Below, one piece after another: positions 61,130 through 64,000 of a DNA stretch of 64,000 nucleotides. Both the position numbers and the translations under genes were made by a program. This stretch comes from an uncultured Verrucomicrobiae bacterium (GTDB taxonomy: Bacteria > Verrucomicrobiota > Verrucomicrobiia > Opitutales > JABDGR01). Each line of letters opens with the position of its first letter. The stretch's first letter is position 1. The notes under the pieces were generated by a model that saw nothing but the letters and a program-made list of their open reading frames with translations, did no database searches and was not told where the DNA came from. The stretch is from contig CAVXVB010000005.1 of NCBI GenBank assembly GCA_963765205.1, positions 64,001 to 128,000 of the forward strand, in the 5' to 3' direction.

Positions 61130-61414
61130 CTATTCCGCCCGATTCGACACAATCCACTTCTGCTCTTCGTCAAGGAAGAGCACCCGATAAGGCAATTCCA
61201 CGTCAGCAACCTTGCCCAAGGCCCGACTGGCTAACTCTAGGTCTTTTTCTAAGACTATCAGCCAGAGATTTTCGCCAAGCCTTTCGCTACCTTTGGCTCT
61301 TCGCAAAATGCCTTCCATGTGAACTACTAATTCCAGCCAATGCTGCCCTTTGGCGCGGCTGGCGTCGTGGTCGGGCTTTTCTACGACAAGCAAGAGGGAA
61401 TGAGGTTGCTTCAT
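61130..61414 (-). CDS. IS passenger hypothetical protein
   Basis: 94-aa ORF inside the TIRs, preceded by a TTGACA-containing promoter-like element. Confidence 0.55.
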   Translation of the reverse strand: MKQPHSLLLVVEKPDHDASRAKGQHWLELVVHMEGILRRAKGSERLGENLWLIVLEKDLELASRALGKVADVELPYRVLFLDEEQKWIVSNRAE

Positions 61415-61692
61415 GCCCGCCACAAGACCCTAAACCGCAAGGGTTGTCAAGTGTCAAAAACAAGACCGGGAAAATCGTAGGGATTTTCTTATTATGTTGC
61501 CATATTCGTTGGTAGCTTTGGGCTGCTGCTCCATTGGTTTTGACCCATCCGCCGTCCCCGACTGTCCATACAGCCGCCCAAAGGCCAACAAGGCCCCTAA
61601 AACAACAATGCTTAGCTTCATGCGACAAATTGGCACTCAATTACCCCTCGCGGCAACCACAAAAATAGTTCAATAAATCTTCAATCTACCAC

Positions 61693-61721
61693 TTGACAAC
61701 CCTAAGATTATGGGGTAATCT
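61693..61721 (+). promoter_or_regulatory. Sigma70-type promoter of the transposase
   Basis: TTGACA-17 bp-TAATCT, ending about 10 nt before the ATG. Confidence 0.7.
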
Positions 61722-61730
61722 ACTACCAGA

Positions 61731-62654
61731 ATGAATAACCTATTCGAGTTCAAAACACTGACCGACTTCACGGATTACTTCCGGGATGAGGCCACTTGCG
61801 TCGCCCACTTCACCGCCACGCGCTTTGCTCACGGCGAATACTGCCCCCATTGCGGACACGGCAAGATTCACCTGTTCGCCAATGGCAAGCGTTACCGTTG
61901 CGCCGGTTGCAAGCAGGACTTCACCATCCGCACCAACACCGTCTTTGGCGAGAGCAAGCTGCCGCTCCGCAAGTGGTTTATGGCGGTCTATCTGCTCTCC
62001 ACAACGAGCAAGGGCATATCCTCGGTTCAACTCGCCAAGCACGTCGGGGTGACGCAAAAGACAGCGTGGTTTATGGCCCACCGTATCCGCAAGGCCCACA
62101 ATCAGAACAAGGGCCAGCTTTTCGGGCGCATTGAGGCGGACGAAACCTACGTTGGCGGCAAAGAAAAGAACAAGCACGCCAGCAAGCGCAGTCACGCGGG
62201 CCGGGGTGGCGTCGGCAAGGCAATCATCTTTGGCGCGAAGGCGCGGGATGGCGAAGTCCGGGCCAGCGTGATTCCCTGCGCGGACAGCTACCGCTTGCAA
62301 AACGCGGTCAGTGAAAACGTCGCCAAGGGTTCGTCTCTCTACACTGACCAACATCGCGCCTATCAGGGCATCAAGGGCGTGCGGCATACGGTGGTGAACC
62401 ATAGCGACGGCGAATATGTCCGGGGCAACGTGCATACGAACGGCATTGAGTCCTTCTGGGCCTTATTCAAACGCGGTTATCATGGCGTATATCACAAGAT
62501 GAGTCGCAAGCACCTACAGCGTTACGTTGATGAATTTACCTTCCGGTTCAACCGCCGCGCCGACAAGATGCAGAGCGTTTTTGCCGACGTGGTAACGGGG
62601 ATTGCCGAAAGCACGAAACTGCCTTATAAAACCCTCACCCAAAATCCTGCATGA
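61731..62654 (+). CDS. IS1595-family (ISXO2-like) DDE transposase
   Basis: Zn ribbon CPHC...C..C, HTH, IEADETYVGG, LYTD, HTNGIESFW, YVDEF.FRFNRR. Confidence 0.95.
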   Translation: MNNLFEFKTLTDFTDYFRDEATCVAHFTATRFAHGEYCPHCGHGKIHLFANGKRYRCAGCKQDFTIRTNTVFGESKLPLRKWFMAVYLLSTTSKGISSVQLAKHVGVTQKTAWFMAHRIRKAHNQNKGQLFGRIEADETYVGGKEKNKHASKRSHAGRGGVGKAIIFGAKARDGEVRASVIPCADSYRLQNAVSENVAKGSSLYTDQHRAYQGIKGVRHTVVNHSDGEYVRGNVHTNGIESFWALFKRGYHGVYHKMSRKHLQRYVDEFTFRFNRRADKMQSVFADVVTGIAESTKLPYKTLTQNPA

Positions 62655-62983
62655 GTCGCCCACAAAAAATCATCCCGCCCGTCAAGGGCAGCTTTCAAAA
62701 CATCCTGACCTCCGTTGCCTTGGGCAGCGGTGGCGGGAAACAAGCGGCTATCCGGCTGGCCAGCCAAGCCCCGGCGTCAAATCTTGCGCAGCCTAAGCCC
62801 GCTGCGCCCCAACCCCGCAAACCATAGACCATTTATGCAGACCGCGAACACAACGCCGCTAACGGCCAAGGGTAACATTGTAAGTAATTCCCCTAATTTG
62901 CCGTATGGCTCCTGACGCAGCCAGCCGTAGGCCGAATTGATTAATCGCGACCGACGCACTTGCGCCTACAAGCCATCGGTGCC

Positions 62984-63820
62984 TCACGGTTGCGGTAAAA
63001 ACCGCGCCCGCATGAAGTCAATGTAGCCTTGGTCGGAGCGCTCGCGTTTGGCTTGCACGAAGCTGCCCGCGTCCTCACCGGTGAAATAGCGCAGGCGGCT
63101 CGTGCCGTCCGTGGCGGCGTTGTAGATGACTTGCGCCACTTCGTCGGCGCTCGTTTTGCGGGCCGCACCCATGCTGGCGAAGGCGGCGCTGGTGCGGGCG
63201 ACGAACGCGTTGTAATCGGGCGGCGTGGCCCCCTGGTCGGCTCGCTCCCGGCCCATGCGTTCGGAAAAATTGGTGCCCGTCACGCCGCCGCTCGGCTCGA
63301 TGATTTTGACGATGATGTTTTGCGAGGCGAGTTCGTAGGCCAGCGATTCCGAAAAGCCCTCCACGGCGTATTTGCTCGCGCAATAGAGCGAGATCATCGG
63401 CAGGCCGACCAGGCCGCCGCGCGAGCTGAGGTTGAGGATCAGCCCGCCTTTGTTTTCGCGAAAGTGCGGCAGCAGCGCGCGCGTCACGTCCATGACGCCG
63501 AAGACATTGACCGCAAACTGCTCCTCGATTTTCTCGCGTGCAATCGCCTCGAACACGCCGAACAGGCTAAAGCCCGCGTTGTTGAGCAACGCGTCAATTT
63601 TTCCGAAGCGCGCGAGGCCGGCCACAATCGCCGCGCCGATGCTGGCGCGGTCCCGGACATCCAGGCGCGTCACCAGCACATTGCTGCGGTCGGCCAGCTC
63701 GGTGGCCCGGCCGGGCTGGCGCATCGTGGCGATGACATTCCAGCCCCGGTCGGCGAACAACTTGGCGGTGGCGTGGCCGATGCCGGAGGAAGCGCCGGTA
63801 ATGAGAATCGTCTTATTCAT
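62984..63820 (-). CDS. Short-chain dehydrogenase/reductase
   Basis: ITGASSGIG, NNAG, YCASK (YxxxK). Confidence 0.95.
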   Translation of the reverse strand: MNKTILITGASSGIGHATAKLFADRGWNVIATMRQPGRATELADRSNVLVTRLDVRDRASIGAAIVAGLARFGKIDALLNNAGFSLFGVFEAIAREKIEEQFAVNVFGVMDVTRALLPHFRENKGGLILNLSSRGGLVGLPMISLYCASKYAVEGFSESLAYELASQNIIVKIIEPSGGVTGTNFSERMGRERADQGATPPDYNAFVARTSAAFASMGAARKTSADEVAQVIYNAATDGTSRLRYFTGEDAGSFVQAKRERSDQGYIDFMRARFLPQP

Positions 63821-64000
63821 GGGTGGCGGGCGGCAGCCGGGCCTCGGAATTCTGGCGCAAAATGGGCCGGGCTGGCGGCTTTTGGAATAGACTTTGGACG
63901 GGGAAAATGCGAGAATCATCGTTCGATTTTACTCCCATGGCCCTATCCCGACACCTTTTGGTAATGCTGTGCGTAAGCCTGGTTTGGTTGCCCTTGGCGG

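Larger units (their letters stand above)
61055..62892 (+). mobile_element. IS1595-family element with passenger ORFs
   Basis: Imperfect 23-bp TIRs GGGACTTATATACAAAGTTACCC (61055-61077) and GGGTAACATTGTAAGTAATTCCC (62870-62892). Flanking 8-bp duplication CTAATTTG at 61047-61054 and 62893-62900. Confidence 0.9.

Noticed and set aside
63029..63964. Long antisense ORFs (also 194-1153, 5603-6493, 9514-10350, 51240-52142)
   Set aside because: Expected shadows of GC-rich genes that have clear motifs on the other strand.

Overview
The window is almost entirely accessory DNA, probably from a Verrucomicrobiota (Opitutales-like) bacterium. The taxon is inferred from gene content and a Verrucomicrobia-type LexA-like box. 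Bases 1-~42960 look like the right-hand part of a tRNA-integrated conjugative element. It starts with a coupling protein, a stand-alone Clp-type AAA+ ATPase, an AraC regulator and a divergent VirB-like T4SS operon (1-12640). Cargo follows: an AT-richer five-gene cluster that looks like an undescribed multi-core RiPP system (12833-17512), an imuA-imuB-dnaE2 mutasome with SRAP, a complete qatABCD anti-phage operon, a PLD-SNF2 helicase / adenine methyltransferase / ABC-ATPase / DUF262 defence operon, and a TcmP + radical SAM pair. The RiPP-like cluster has a precursor with three 27-aa repeats, two Fe(II)/2OG oxygenases that begin with a copy of the precursor's leader-like helix pair (one is interrupted by an in-frame TAA), a carbamoyltransferase with a C-terminal RRE-like domain, and a GNAT. 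The element ends at a duplicated tRNA 3' end (42939-42962) with arm-type repeats. To the right lie an excisionase-like remnant and a stress/dormancy-type gene set (PRTase, hydrolase, HPF, Hsp20, erythromycin-esterase-like, ppsA, D-LDH-like). These are followed by a complete N-type ATPase operon (atpDCQRBEFAG), an IS1595-family element with TIRs, an 8-bp TSD and passenger ORFs, and a GC-rich SDR gene. All calls come from motif reading and synteny; no database searches were run.
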